64,000 nt of DNA from Macrostomum lignano (lineage: Eukaryota). Positions within the stretch are counted from its first letter, which is position 1. Every line of letters begins with the position of its first letter. The stretch spans positions 346,521 to 410,520 of the forward strand of contig NIVC01000736.1 in assembly GCA_002269645.1 (NCBI GenBank), in the 5' to 3' direction. The notes beneath the pieces are model-generated. The model saw only the letters and a list, made by a program, of their open reading frames with translations, had not been told where the DNA came from and made no database searches. The position numbers and the translations under genes were made by a program. This document shows, in pieces, positions 37,180 to 49,146 of this stretch.

Positions 37180-38650
37180 CAAAGTCCACCGACCACAAAG
37201 TCGTCACTGTCAGGAAAAGGGGACAATGTCACGCTTAGTTGCACAGTCTCTGATAAAAGCAGCACCATTGGCCTGGTGAGGCGACTTAGCGTCTTCTGTC
37301 AAACAGTCGACGAGCCTCCGGGTCCGCGCCTATCCTGGCCGAAAAGGGACCCGCTGTGTCCACAGCAGGACCTCATGCAGCGGCTCCGAAAAGTATGACT
37401 CGGCGCGGATGACGTGACCCGCCAGCATCAGGCGTCGCTGTCGCAGGGTCACGCTGGGAGGGCTCAGCTAGGCCCGTTAATAAAGGACCTGGTTGGTGAC
37501 ATGTTCGGCGTCACGGTGGATGTTGAAGGCTGAGCGTAGCAGGCTGGAGTACACCGCGTCCAGTTATCGCTCCAGGACCTCTGTCATGGTACATGTCTAG
37601 GCTTTGTAGAGGAGCACCGTTTCCACGATCTCCTGAATCAGTCGGGCTTTCAGCTGGTCCGACAGGGCGTCGCTTTGGAGCACGAAACGCACTGAGCGGA
37701 AAGCCGCCCACACGAGCCTTCTGCGGTGCCACAGGTCCTCATGGACGCTGGGAACGAGACCGCCAAGGTACCGGAACTGCCCGCATCGGGGAGCGGTGCT
37801 GCCGCCGTGCTGTTCCAGCTGAGGAGGCGAATGTCCATTGGTTGGAGGAGAGTTGGGACAGTCAGGACTTCCGTCCGTTGATCTTGAGGCCGACCCTCGC
37901 AGCAGCAGCAGCTAGGCCGTTAAGGAGGCGTTGAGCACTGGCAGCAGTGGATGCCAGAAAGGCGAGGTCGTCAGAGTAGCTAAGGAAAGCCAGCCGCTTC
38001 TCCGGCCGCTGAATGCTCGTTCGCCTGCATAAGATGTTGTCCGCAACACCCAGTCCAGGATGAGGATGAACAGGAAGGGAGCAAAGATGTCTACTTGCAG
38101 GACTCCAGATGTGGTGGTGAAGAAGTCGGAGAGGCCGTCACTTCTGATCACAGCAGTGAGAGTGTCTTGGTAGAGCGCCATCACCGCCGCGCTCAGCTTC
38201 TCTGGTACACTGTAGGCTTAAAGAACTAATGGTATCACATCTCGAGCGACCGAGTCAATAGCCTTCAGGAAGTCGATGAACAGACAGAAGAGGTCCACCT
38301 GGCGAATGCGCGATTGCTCGATAATTCTCCGGAGTGCCAGAATTTGTGTAACCATACCGCGTCGCGGTCCAAACCCATTCCGCTTGTGCCGCAGGTAAGG
38401 GTCCAGCACTGGCTGCAAGCGCGACAGTAGCAGCTTGTTATACAGCTTCGCCGCACAGGACACCAGGGAGATGCCCCGATGTTCTTCAATCTTGTTGGTG
38501 CCTGGCTTTTTGGGGATTGCCACAATGTAGCACGGGTCCCCTCCGGAGGTGCGACGCCTGTGTCAAGAACGTTGTTGATCACCCTGGCGATTTCTTGGGC
38601 GACCTTGGGCAGTCTGAGCACCTCGTTGGGAACTTCGTCGGGGCAAGAAG
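37180..38650 (-). mobile_element. 5'-truncated degenerate RTE-like non-LTR retrotransposon
   Basis: IPKK..HRGISLVSCAAKLYNKLLLSRL..NGF..R..TQILALRRIIE..FIDFLKAIDSV, TTSGVLQ.D..APFLF and LSYSDDLAFL..GLKING RT motifs, with frameshifts. Confidence 0.85.
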
Positions 38651-38884
38651 AGGAATCTTCTTGGCGAGCGAACGTTGATTGCGTTCAAATGTCCAGTGCA
38701 GAAAATCTGTGTGGACGCGGCAGCCGAGTGTCATGACAGGAGGCAGCGCTAGCGCATTAGGGAGCGCAGGAGCGCAGGTCCTCCTGAGTCGCTGTACTCA
38801 ATCTTTGGCCTCTCTAATCTCTGGATCGCTCATCCTCAATGGTTGCGAGCGCTGCGGTGGTAAGCACTCTACTTTACGAGTTTA

Positions 38885-39070
38885 AGTTGACACAATAGTT
38901 CCTAATTATCCCCATGCTTGTTCGCCAAAGTCCAATTTTGTCGCTTTTCTGCCAAACTCTGCTTCCTCGTGTCACTGTGAGCAGAATGACGTATCTCTTT
39001 TGTACATAGGTTACTCAGGTCTCAGATATGAGCTCAAATATGGGCTCAATTGTGAGCTTAAGTTGACAAG
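38885..39070. mobile_element. Diverged relative of the 55385-55531 MITE
   Basis: Shared internal CCTAATTATCC..GCTTCCT(C/G)GTGTCACTGTGAGCAGAATGA..GTACATAG.TTACTC. Confidence 0.65.
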
Positions 39071-40343
39071 CCCTTTGCAACAGCGTGTCCATAGTCTCCT
39101 GGTGCCACTTGTTGAAACGCCAGAAGCTCCGCCTGGGTAAAGGCCAGTGACGAACGAAGTCAGAGCCGATATATGCAGACACATGTGGTTGACATGCTGA
39201 TGAAGTTTGAAGGCTTGGCAAGGCTGCACTAAGGCGCAGTGCTTAGTGGTGCACAGGGGTGTACTGAATACACTGGCGCTTATGGAAAAAATCCGACTTT
39301 TTGGCAGAATCGTCGAATATATCGACGGTCCGGAGGGCTGGCGGCTTGGTTCTTGTTCGAGAAGGTGCGCAACAAATAGTTGATTTCTTGAATTTCGTGT
39401 GCTTGCCCCCCCCCTTGGTAGTTCTAATGAGGGAAATGGCTTATTATTCCTACGGTTATTGTGGATGTTCCGACAGGGACCATGGCTTGGAGTTCTAGGG
39501 TTCCAAAGCTAACTGACGTGAATCAAAACTGGCTTTTGATTATCAGATGCGGTTCGCATTCACTCGCTGCAAATTTTACACCGTCAAAAACAGTGGGCGT
39601 CACGAACTCGGAAAATTCACGAAAAAAAACCCTTGCTGGTCAAAAAAACGTTGATCTTGAGCTTAGTGAAAAAACACCAAGCCTGCGAAGTGTGCGGTCC
39701 TCGGTCATGTGAACTTTTTGCCCCAGAATGTAAGCAGCAAAACAATTAGTTGACACGTTGACCACAGGTACACTGACACCTCAATCAAGTTTCCGCTTCA
39801 AGTCATGCAAGTCAAACTCGGGGAAAATGAGTTTATTAGATTAGCCAGGCTAATAACGTGTGTACGGTTAATAAAGTTCTGAATAAATTTCTGACGCCCA
39901 GATAACGAAGGTTGAAAATTACCATATATTTGGATACTCGAAGAAATAAATATTTGGACTTCTACAATATTTTATCATCTAAAACGGATCCGTATTAATA
40001 TAAGCTTTGCTAGGCATAAAAAACGGTGACCTACAAATCAAACGGTTGTCAATTACGGCTAGTTCAGTAACGGCGCAGATACAAAGATTAAAAATATAAT
40101 TTCTGAATATCATTGAATAGGAATAATGGGAACTACTTGTGTGTAGACTGTCGGATTTTATTGCCTACCTCTTTGATCAAACCAAAAATTTATCTAAAAC
40201 TTCAAACTGTGAACAGCAAAATATCCCAAGCACTGCTTCAAAGCTACAAGCCCAGCCTAGAGCAGGCTACACATGCAGTACTGCCACTTGGGAAATCCAA
40301 AAACAATTTCAGATCAGTTTTTTCTTTTTTCAACTTCATTGGC

Positions 40344-43300
40344 TCAGAAAATCCGGTCGGGCGCGAGCTCCTGTCGCTCTTCATCGAAGTCCATGAAGAG
40401 AACGAAGAGCAGCAGGCAGAGCAGCGCCTGCGAGCCGATCAGATGCCACAGGTCGTGCTGGTCGAACGGCAGGCCAAACAGATGCCACAAACAGTCGTTG
40501 TTGGATTCTCGGGACTCAGCCGGGCTGCCTTCCCATTCGGTTGGAGCTTTGAAGAAATAGACTGCGGCCCAGACGGAAAAGCTGACAAAAAACAAGAAAA
40601 AAAGACCACAGCAGTTCCTCGGCAGCGGAGCTTTCCAAGTGGCATATTTTCCCTGGGTCTCGTCTTTCTGCAACACTTTCGAATGCAGTAATAAAGGAAG
40701 TATAGACTTGCAGATCCGGCAGTCACAGCCAGAAGGAAATTTGCAAATAGAAAATGTTCATGTAGAAATCCAACTAGAAAACTGGCGATTCCAGCGGCAA
40801 AACAGACAAAAGCAGCTAAGAACGTAAGAAAATGCTGCAACAACTGCTTTTTCCGAACGATCAAAGAAATAACAGCCAGTAGCAGCAGCACACCACCCAG
40901 CAGGCCAAACACGAATTTTCGGTTAATCAAGGAAAACAGAATGCCCAGCGAGTTCACCAGCACCGTGACGCCCAACGCAACGAAGGTGACGTTGGCGACC
41001 GAGCCGGAGCTGAGGTGCCGCTTGCTGTAGACAGCCAGGCCCAGCATGCTGGAAAGCATGATCATGAAGGTCGTGTCGAACTGGAAGGTGTTGTGCGACG
41101 GGCAGATGTGGTAGCAGGCGGAGAGCACGCCCTCCATGGCCAGCGCCAGACCGGCAGCGTAGTGAGCCGAGTAGCAGCGAGGAATGACGACCGGTCTGGA
41201 GCCCTCGGGGTGATGTGTGACAAGTGGCGGATTCTCAGTCGTAGTCTCTAGTGGTTCTTGATCAGTTGGCAGCGCCGGACCGGCAGCGTAGTGAGCCGAG
41301 TAGCTGCGAGGAATGGAGATCTTTGGCTCTTGAACAGCTGCCTAAAGTAGATAAGATGCAAAAGCATTTGGTAGTTTTAGTCATTTTTAGCTTTAGTTAG
41401 TTTTAGGAGGGTAGAAAAAAGTAAACTTAAGGGCAACAGCTTTGTTTTAAAGTTCACATGTATTTAGGGTAACTAGGCTAACCAGAGATCTCACCTGTGT
41501 CTGGTCATGGAAAAGTTGCTTCCAAAGGACAACCACCATGAACACTATTCCGGCCGTTACGTAGCCCGCATTCGAAACCGCATTGTTGAATGCAAAAAAT
41601 GTCGTCAGCTCTGTTTTTACATAAAAACGGCACTTGAAGTTATAGTAGCACTCATCCAAGTTTCCGACGGAGCTGATGGAGTCCTGCTGGAGCAGCACCA
41701 GCTGAAAAACTGGCAGGCAGTAGAAGATGGCTAGGGCCGTCAGCTGCATCACGAGGCTGGCATGATGCATTTTTTGCTGCCTTTCTGGCTGTTCTTGGTT
41801 GCCAGCATCGTTAATCTCAGGAGGATCGGGCTGGTCGTTGCCAGCATTGATATTCACAGGAGGATCGGGCTGGTCGTTGCCAGTATTGATATTCACAGGA
41901 GGATCGGGCTGGTCGTTACCAGCATTGATATTCATAGGAGGATCGGGCTGGTCGTTGCCAGAATTGATATTCACAGGAGGATCGGGCTGGTCGTTGCCAG
42001 CATTGATATTCACAGGAAGATCGGGCTGGTCGTTGCCAGCATTGATATTCACAGGAAGATCGGACTGGTCGTTGCCAGAATTGATATTCACAGGAAGATC
42101 GGGCTGGTCGTTGCCAGCATTGATATTCACAGGAAGATCGGGCTGGTCGTTGCCAGAATTGATATTCACAGGAAGATCGGACTGGTCGTTGCCAGCATTG
42201 ATATTCACAGGAGGATCGGGCTGGTCGTTGCCAGCATTGATATTCACAGGAGGATCGGGCTGGTCGTTGCCAGCATTGATATTCACAGGAGGATCGGGCT
42301 GGTCGTTGCCAGCATTGATATTCACAGGAGGATCGGGCTGGTCGTTGCCGCAGCACTGGAAGTGCATGCAGTACAAGCTGAAACTGCAATTGCAATCGCA
42401 TCCGCAGCCACAAGCAATAACATGACGAGAGTCTTCTTCATCTTTAATTTGATCAAACACTGTTAACGAATTCCCACACAGGTATCCAATAACAGCAACT
42501 ACAAGCAGGATAAGACCTAAAACAAGCAAGATAACAAAACAGAGTAGCTTTTTGAAAAACCAAAGAAGCAAAACAACGAAGGAAAGAGCGAAACTTATCA
42601 CAGAGAAGTAGAAAGATACAAAAGCCAATATGCTCAAAATAGTAAGTTTGCAGCTTTGATCATAAAAAATAATAGCCACAAGTATCGCCACAGCGCAGTC
42701 TATAACGCCTAAAAGAAAAGTCAAACCAACAAGTGCCCACTCCTCCGAGTCGTGCATGGCGATCTGCTCAACCTTGATCGTGACGCTCTTGCTGGAAAAC
42801 CGCTGTCGCCGCTCCTGCTCCCAGTTGGCAAGGCAGTTTCGGTTGTCCGGAAACGCCGTCAGCACCACAAGGAAGCTGGAGTTAAACTCGTCGCGCCTCA
42901 TCAAGATGACGGAGCTGGACAGCAGCGTCTGTCTGAAGCCTCGCTGGAGCACGGACGGCGGCACCTGATCAGCGGGGCAGCGGCTTCTCTGCACGGACAC
43001 CAAACCGCATGCGGAGTCGTTCGACTCGACCAGAATGCGGACGGCTCTCAGTTCCGTGAAGTTTGCTCGGCCTGAGTCGAAGTCGAAGAAGAAGAGCTGC
43101 GGACCGGACGGCTGCAGCAGAACCTGGACCGGCTCTCCAAGCGACAGTCGGAAATTCGAAGCGAGTTGAGCTCTGGCACCCACAGTGACGGGCGCAGCCG
43201 ACTCGGTAGTCACCCGCAGATACACCTGCTGCTGCTGCTGCTGCTGCTGATCAGGTGTCTGAGGACTCAGATGCGGTGGGCAGATGGTCCTGGTCACCGA

Positions 43301-43633
43301 CTGGAAGCTCTCTACAGTGCTCTGTTCGCCAGTGCTGCTCACATCAACAAAGGTGTAAGGCAACAACCAGGTGTGCAGTGTCAGTTGCTGCCTGACGACC
43401 ACAAGAAGTGACGCATTCGAGTAGCTGGTCGTCTCCAATCGAAGTGCCACAGTTTCATTTTCAGGCTGAGTATATTTCACAAGAACTTCGAGTGCGCGTT
43501 TAGAGCTGATGGTAAAGTTGCGGGCTTGATCAAGCGGAAGTATCGGTTGAGTTTGAGCTGCAGCTGGTTGCGATGGCAGAACCAGAAATGCCAGCAACAG
43601 CACCAGCTTAAGCGTTGAGAACAGCCGAGTCAT
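40344..43633 (-). CDS. SID-1/SIDT transmembrane family protein, paralogue B; exons 43633-41495 and 41341-40344; one apparent frameshift at ~40590-40603
   Basis: Same motifs and intron position as paralogue A (SACYHICP, FQFDT, HDLWH). The frame changes in A6/A7 runs between RGTAVVFF and FVSFSVWAAVYFF. Confidence 0.85.
41805..42350 (-). repeat. Coding 39-bp tandem repeat, 13-aa unit GNDQPD(P/L)PVNIN(A/S), 13 units plus one variant
   Basis: In frame within ORF 41447-43633. Confidence 0.95.
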
Positions 43634-45047
43634 CGGGATCGCCAGTTTCTGAAAGGAGAGAATGATTTGTTAAAGGTATGAATTGCTTGCCGTCACAAGT
43701 TTAGAGAGTTCATTTTGGTTAAGTTTTTCTGCCTTTCAACAGGACAATTGGTCAGAGTGAAACTGACTAAATATTTTCAATTTTTCCTGCTAACTCATTT
43801 TAAAGACGCAATTAATTATCACTTATTATAACTAAAATTTTGTGCCCAATACCCCCTCTGCCCCAATAACCACTTTGCCTCAACACCCCTTCGCCCCAAC
43901 ACCCTCTCTACCCTAACACCATTCTGCCCCAACACCCCCTTTGCCCCTGCATCTCCACTGCCCCAACATTCGTTCGAACGATAATTAAGGTTTTGTTCAA
44001 ATTTTCGATAGAACGTTTTGGTCTCAGTCACAGTATCGCGCAAGAGAGTGATCCTTACTCTAAGTCATGGCATTAGCAGATAACTTTAATTGCTTTTTCT
44101 AGAGATATAGGCGCCTACTTGTCAAAAATAACATATCAACTGTAATACCTCTTAACACAGATACAGTAATATACTAAGTAGACACGTCACAACGTGTCAA
44201 ATTTAAGCGAAACCGCGCAGACAAGAGTAAATCTACTTTTCCATTACTTTAATTGCGAGTGACGTGTCTAGTTATCAGTATTCTATTATCTGTGCTACGA
44301 AACCAGCTGACAAAGGTGCAAATTAAAAATTCTAAGTTGTAAGTTATCACAGATTGACGTGCAATCAGTGAATTATTAGGCTAAGCACTGATGGAAATAC
44401 GTATCTCGTAACTTACATAATGCAGACCTTCTTAGCGAGTCGAGTTCGCAAAATATACTGGCATAATTCGAGAAAGGTAGAATCTTGAAAGCAAGGGAAT
44501 GCGCTTTGTTTTTTATGCTGAATATAATAAATGAACTATTGAATAGATAAGCATTCTGAGAGTCAAGCTCTAAAATCACTTGTAGCTACAGCTTTTTGCA
44601 GTGTGCACAGGAAGTACACTTCACGGATTGGCTGTCAATAGGGACAGAACTTACTAGTAACAAAACATCTGCACCTCTCACACTGAAGATGGCGCCATAT
44701 CTAGCTAAACACATCGCAAGTAACTTTATCATTTGCTAACTGGACTGCAGCTATCTGCAGGTAAAAATCATCCATTTAGTTGGCTAAGTAAGAAGGGCTG
44801 TGGACTAATGACGGCAACAAACTTATATAGCCTACACCTTTGGAATGTTATTTCTCTATGTCAATTAAACGAGCAACCAGTAGAGTTTTACTTCGCTGGC
44901 AATATTTGTTTTAGTTACTGGGTCGGATTAATTCTGGAAAAGTGAATTTTCATCGCATCCGGAGTTGCCAAGCCTGAAGTGAGATGGATCGATAAAGAAG
45001 CACGGTTGCGATTGAGGAGACTTTTGGCCGAATGTTTTGATATAATC

Positions 45048-45345
45048 ATAATAACGTATTACACCTGCCCCAATTCGCAGATGTGCAACCGACAGCTCAG
45101 CCGCAGCTATTGCGCGGCGCATCTGAAGGCTGCGTACGGCTGTTCAGCCCAAGGACTGGGGGGGTCGCCACACACACCCTCAATTACCCCAGCTAATGCT
45201 GGCACCCATTTTACAGCTGGGTGAACTGAAGCAATGCAGAGTTAAGTGACTTCCTCAAGGACACAAATTGTTCGAGTGGGATCGGGAATCAACCCCCCTC
45301 TCAGACCTTCAAATCGTGAGTCAGAACCATTAGGTTACAACCCCT
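45048..45345 (-). mobile_element. tRNA-headed CORE-type SINE
   Basis: Minus strand reads A-box-like TAACCTAATGG, B-box-like GGTTGATTCCC, then TGTGTCCTTGAGGAAGTCACTTAACTCTGCATTGCTTCAGTTCACCCAGCTGTAAAATGGG, which resembles the MIR/CORE consensus, and an AT-rich tail. Confidence 0.75.
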
Positions 45346-45554
45346 AGACTGAACCTGAGAATAAGATTATCAACTAAACACCTGAGCCCAAATCGAGTTC
45401 AATCGAGTATTTATTTATTGATTATGTTAACACGAGTGAGAGAGCCAACGCCTATTGAATTACTGTTGCTACGCATACTTGTAGAAGTCACTATCCAACA
45501 GTTTTTTTCTACTTTGAGTTCGCCAATTTAACTTTCTCTCTGGGCGATAATAAC

Positions 45555-46496
45555 TCAGCAGTGGCTGCTGCGCTGGTGCTGATGCCGAGCCTGCCGACCA
45601 TTTGGATGTCGCTTGGCACAGGCCGTCTTTCGAAAATCGGCCCTTTTTCGATGCTGATGCGGCCGCCCCGAAGGGCAAGACGCAGCAGAGGCCGCAGTGG
45701 CTGGAGTCGCCACTGCAGCCGCGGTGGCCGTCGCGTCGCCGTCAGCCCGGTCCTTCGATCCTTGCCCGCTACTGCCATCGTCCGAGCAGCTGTCCGAGTC
45801 GGAATCATAGCTGCTGCTCTCGTCGTCGGTTTCCTCCTGATCTTCGAATCCGCAGCCGCTTCCATCATCATCCTCCTCATCCTCTTCATCGTCGGACTTG
45901 TAGACCAGCATGCAGGAGCAGGACTGCATGAGGCGGTATAGCGGGCCTCGGGTCGCAAAGCCCCGACCTCCTCGAACTGCCATTGCGGCGTTGCCTCCAC
46001 TGCTACGGCCAAGGCGTCTGGAGCTCGCCCGACCGACATGCCGGCGACTGCTGCTGCTGCTGCCGGCTCCCCCATCGCCGTCTCCAACATCCGTTTCATC
46101 CTGCTGCTGAACCAGTTCGTCCTCGACAACTTTCTTGCCACCGTAGTTGCTGTTGTTGTCGTACGCCTCCTCGTTAGCGGTGGCGGAGGCGGTGGCGGTT
46201 GCAGTGGCGGAGGCGGTCGTCGCTACCGTCGCCTCGTCTGGTCCGACGCGCCTGGAGTTGGCATTGTTCTCCAGCTCTTCGCTGCCCTGCGGCACCGCTT
46301 TCCTCTGGCAGTCAAAGTCCTCGTAGTCGAATGCGCGACTGGCATTGAACACGGAGTCCATGCCCATGAACAGGATGTAGAAACCGTAGAAGCCGATCTG
46401 CAGAGCTCCAACCAAGTAGCAAGCTGTCAGCACAGCTGTATGAAATGGGTATTCAGGCTCGCTGGTCAGCGTTGCATTGGCGGCATTCAATGCCAT
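45555..46496 (-). CDS. Unrecognised intronless single-TM protein with an acidic low-complexity cytoplasmic region (313 aa)
   Basis: ATG-initiated ORF in a GC-rich island among AT-rich flanks; one hydrophobic span AVLTACYLVGALQIGFYGFYILFMGM; D/E/S-rich tract. The C-terminus may belong in the overlapping frame ending at 45509. Confidence 0.6.
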   Translation of the reverse strand: MALNAANATLTSEPEYPFHTAVLTACYLVGALQIGFYGFYILFMGMDSVFNASRAFDYEDFDCQRKAVPQGSEELENNANSRRVGPDEATVATTASATATATASATANEEAYDNNSNYGGKKVVEDELVQQQDETDVGDGDGGAGSSSSSRRHVGRASSRRLGRSSGGNAAMAVRGGRGFATRGPLYRLMQSCSCMLVYKSDDEEDEEDDDGSGCGFEDQEETDDESSSYDSDSDSCSDDGSSGQGSKDRADGDATATAAAVATPATAASAASCPSGRPHQHRKRADFRKTACAKRHPNGRQARHQHQRSSHC

Positions 46497-49146
46497 GCAT
46501 GCACAAGAAAATCGAATAGAGAAATCTCTGTGTGGACCACTGGAGTTCGCGGTTGATCAGTGATTGATCAAGAAAAAAGAAGAGCGCCTCGATGATTCTG
46601 ACTTAACGGCCATAGACAATGAAGAATTGGACTTCTTGAACTTTAGGTACGTCAAATATTTTTGAATCACCATTTCTTTAACTTTTGCCAGAGACCGATT
46701 GGGAGCCTTATATACGTATAAAACTATGAAAAATGACCCTCTGTGTTTGCAAAGTGTCAACTTGTGCTTCCCTTTTGTTTTTACCGACCCGCTAAAAAAA
46801 TTGAAGCCGATTCCTGGTTAAATTCCTAGTTAAACTGTGAATATTCAAGGTTTATCTAGGAATGAGAGTTAAGATCGCTTTCAAGTTAAACTGACGTTTG
46901 AATTCATTGCAATTTAACAAAGCACGGTCAAAAAAGTTGAAAAATGACTGTTAAATTAAGCTAACTGTAAATAAATTTGTATTTACAATATTAGGCTGAG
47001 CTTCACTACACACATAAATGAAACGCAGCATGAAAAGTAATAGATTTGAATGTTATCGCGCGCTCAGACAACATTTTTTATGTGGACTGCAGCATACCAC
47101 AGTGGTTGGCTTTAAACCAGTGGGTAATTGATATGCCTAAAATTCAACAGAGCTCCATGCCTCCATTGAAGATTATATGTGTAAAATCGATCCCCATGAA
47201 GAATCTCTCTATCCAAAACTCCTCCATTTCCTATTATGCCCGGGAACGGTTGGTTCTGGGCTACTTTTGGGTTGAAGCTAAACAGAAATGAATTTTAAAT
47301 TTTAAATTAGCAACCTCTAAAAAACCTTTATAGAGACACAATTATGACCTGACGAGAATAATAGGGCCAAGCCCAAAGTGACATGTAGGAGTTGAAAGTG
47401 AAGTTCAGATTCCCGCGACAAATTTGAAAAGCAAATTTTAAATAAAGTTTCAAATTTAAAAACTGCAGAGGATAAAGGATTTTACTTAATGACTCCATAA
47501 GACAGAGGCGTTTCCATGGATTTTATGGTGTCGGGGGAACAAAGCCAACAATTCCTACATTATTTGGGGAATCTGTGTTTTTTTGGCATTGGAATATCCC
47601 CCATAGTTTTTACTTGGGGAGACGTGCCCCCCCCACGGTGGCGAAGCCCTGCCAGAAGACAGAGACATGATGAAAACTCTAGCAAAATTAAGCAGACTTG
47701 ACACAAGCTAGAATGCAACTGTCCCGGAGGCTTCACATTGGCACCAAAAAAAATAAGATCGAATACTGCTTGTGTGCGAGATTTTATTTTAACTCACGAT
47801 TCGTCGAAAAAATAATTATATTCACTGGAACAATAAAGCATACGAATTATATGCCGAAATTGCAGTAGTAAACATATAACATTCTAATTAGTTGTGATAG
47901 GCAAAAGGCACAGGCAAAAGAAGTCAACAAATCGCAAAATAACATTTTTTCATGAGCACGACGAGTCAATCGCTGAAACTAGTTTGACGATTTGTTTTGT
48001 TTTACTGTTTAGCACATAGACTAAGGCGGACATCTACCTGATATATGCACTTCAAGCCAGTGCCTAAATGAGCCTGACGTAGAATTTCAGCATAAAAGTT
48101 CCAAATCAAGCCAGGTTTACAGACCAATCATTCAAGCCATAGTACAAAGAATAGCTGCAATCAAGCATGCCTTCATTCATCAACCGACTTCGAGTGCTCT
48201 GGGCATTGACGCTGTTGGTATTTCTCGCCGGTAAGCGTATATATCTGACTACTGACTTTTCATGGGTTCCAGACTAGAGCCCCAGTAGAAGCCAAAGGTT
48301 TCTATTGTAGCTTCTGGACTTTTTGAAGCAGCAATGCGAGTAGCAACTTTGACGCATCCAATCTCTTTAACTCGCACTACTGTACTCGTATTGTAAACCA
48401 GGGCAAGCAGACAGTCGCCTCCATCTAAAGCCAATGCACTGCCACAAGGTGGAAATGCACGGAATGTCCCATTGGACTTTGCCCAACAAGGCCGACTGCG
48501 CCGTCGGCATCTTCAGCTGCTGGTACGTGAACGTCAGCAGGCCGGTCCCGAATTTCGCCCAGCCGGCGCAATCGACGGTGAGTCATGTCGATTTGCGCGA
48601 TCACGATGGTCTAATTTATAGCATGTCAGCTGAAGGACCACTGTAGTATAACTAACAGGACTTGAAACTCAAGGATCGTCTAATTTTTAGAGACTAATTT
48701 CCTGAACAAATACCAAAATAATTGCATTTGGTCTGGGGCAGCGAAGATTACCAATCTTTAAAATTAGCATGCGAAGCATGATATTTTGTTGTAATTTATA
48801 GAGTTGTGCAGTCAAAGTTTCATCTTCATATCTTTTTTTTATTTTATGAAAAAAGCTAGTGAATACTTACGGCTTTGCGCTTATGAAATAAAAAAAACAA
48901 TATGAAAGAGAAACTGTCACGTCACAACTCTATAAAATACCAAAGAGTAAAGCTGCTGTGCATGTTAAATAAAAAATGATAATATTCACTGTGCCAGTTC
49001 AAATGAAATCATGATTTTGTGATGAAAAATTTTTTCCTATCTCCGCAGTGCATTTTCCAAGAAATTGGCCGCAAAAAATCACACAAGATCTTGAGTTTTA
49101 CGTCCTGTTCTGTACTACAGTGGGCCTTGTGTCAGATATGTTACTT

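Noticed and set aside
36470-37268. Cys/Ile/Val/Leu/Tyr-rich membrane protein ORFs
   Set aside because: Translation of the (AATAC)n microsatellite.
47500-47655. Second hAT MITE ending in GGCGAAGCCCTG
   Set aside because: The left end (CAGAGGCG) matches poorly and no 8-bp TSD was evident.
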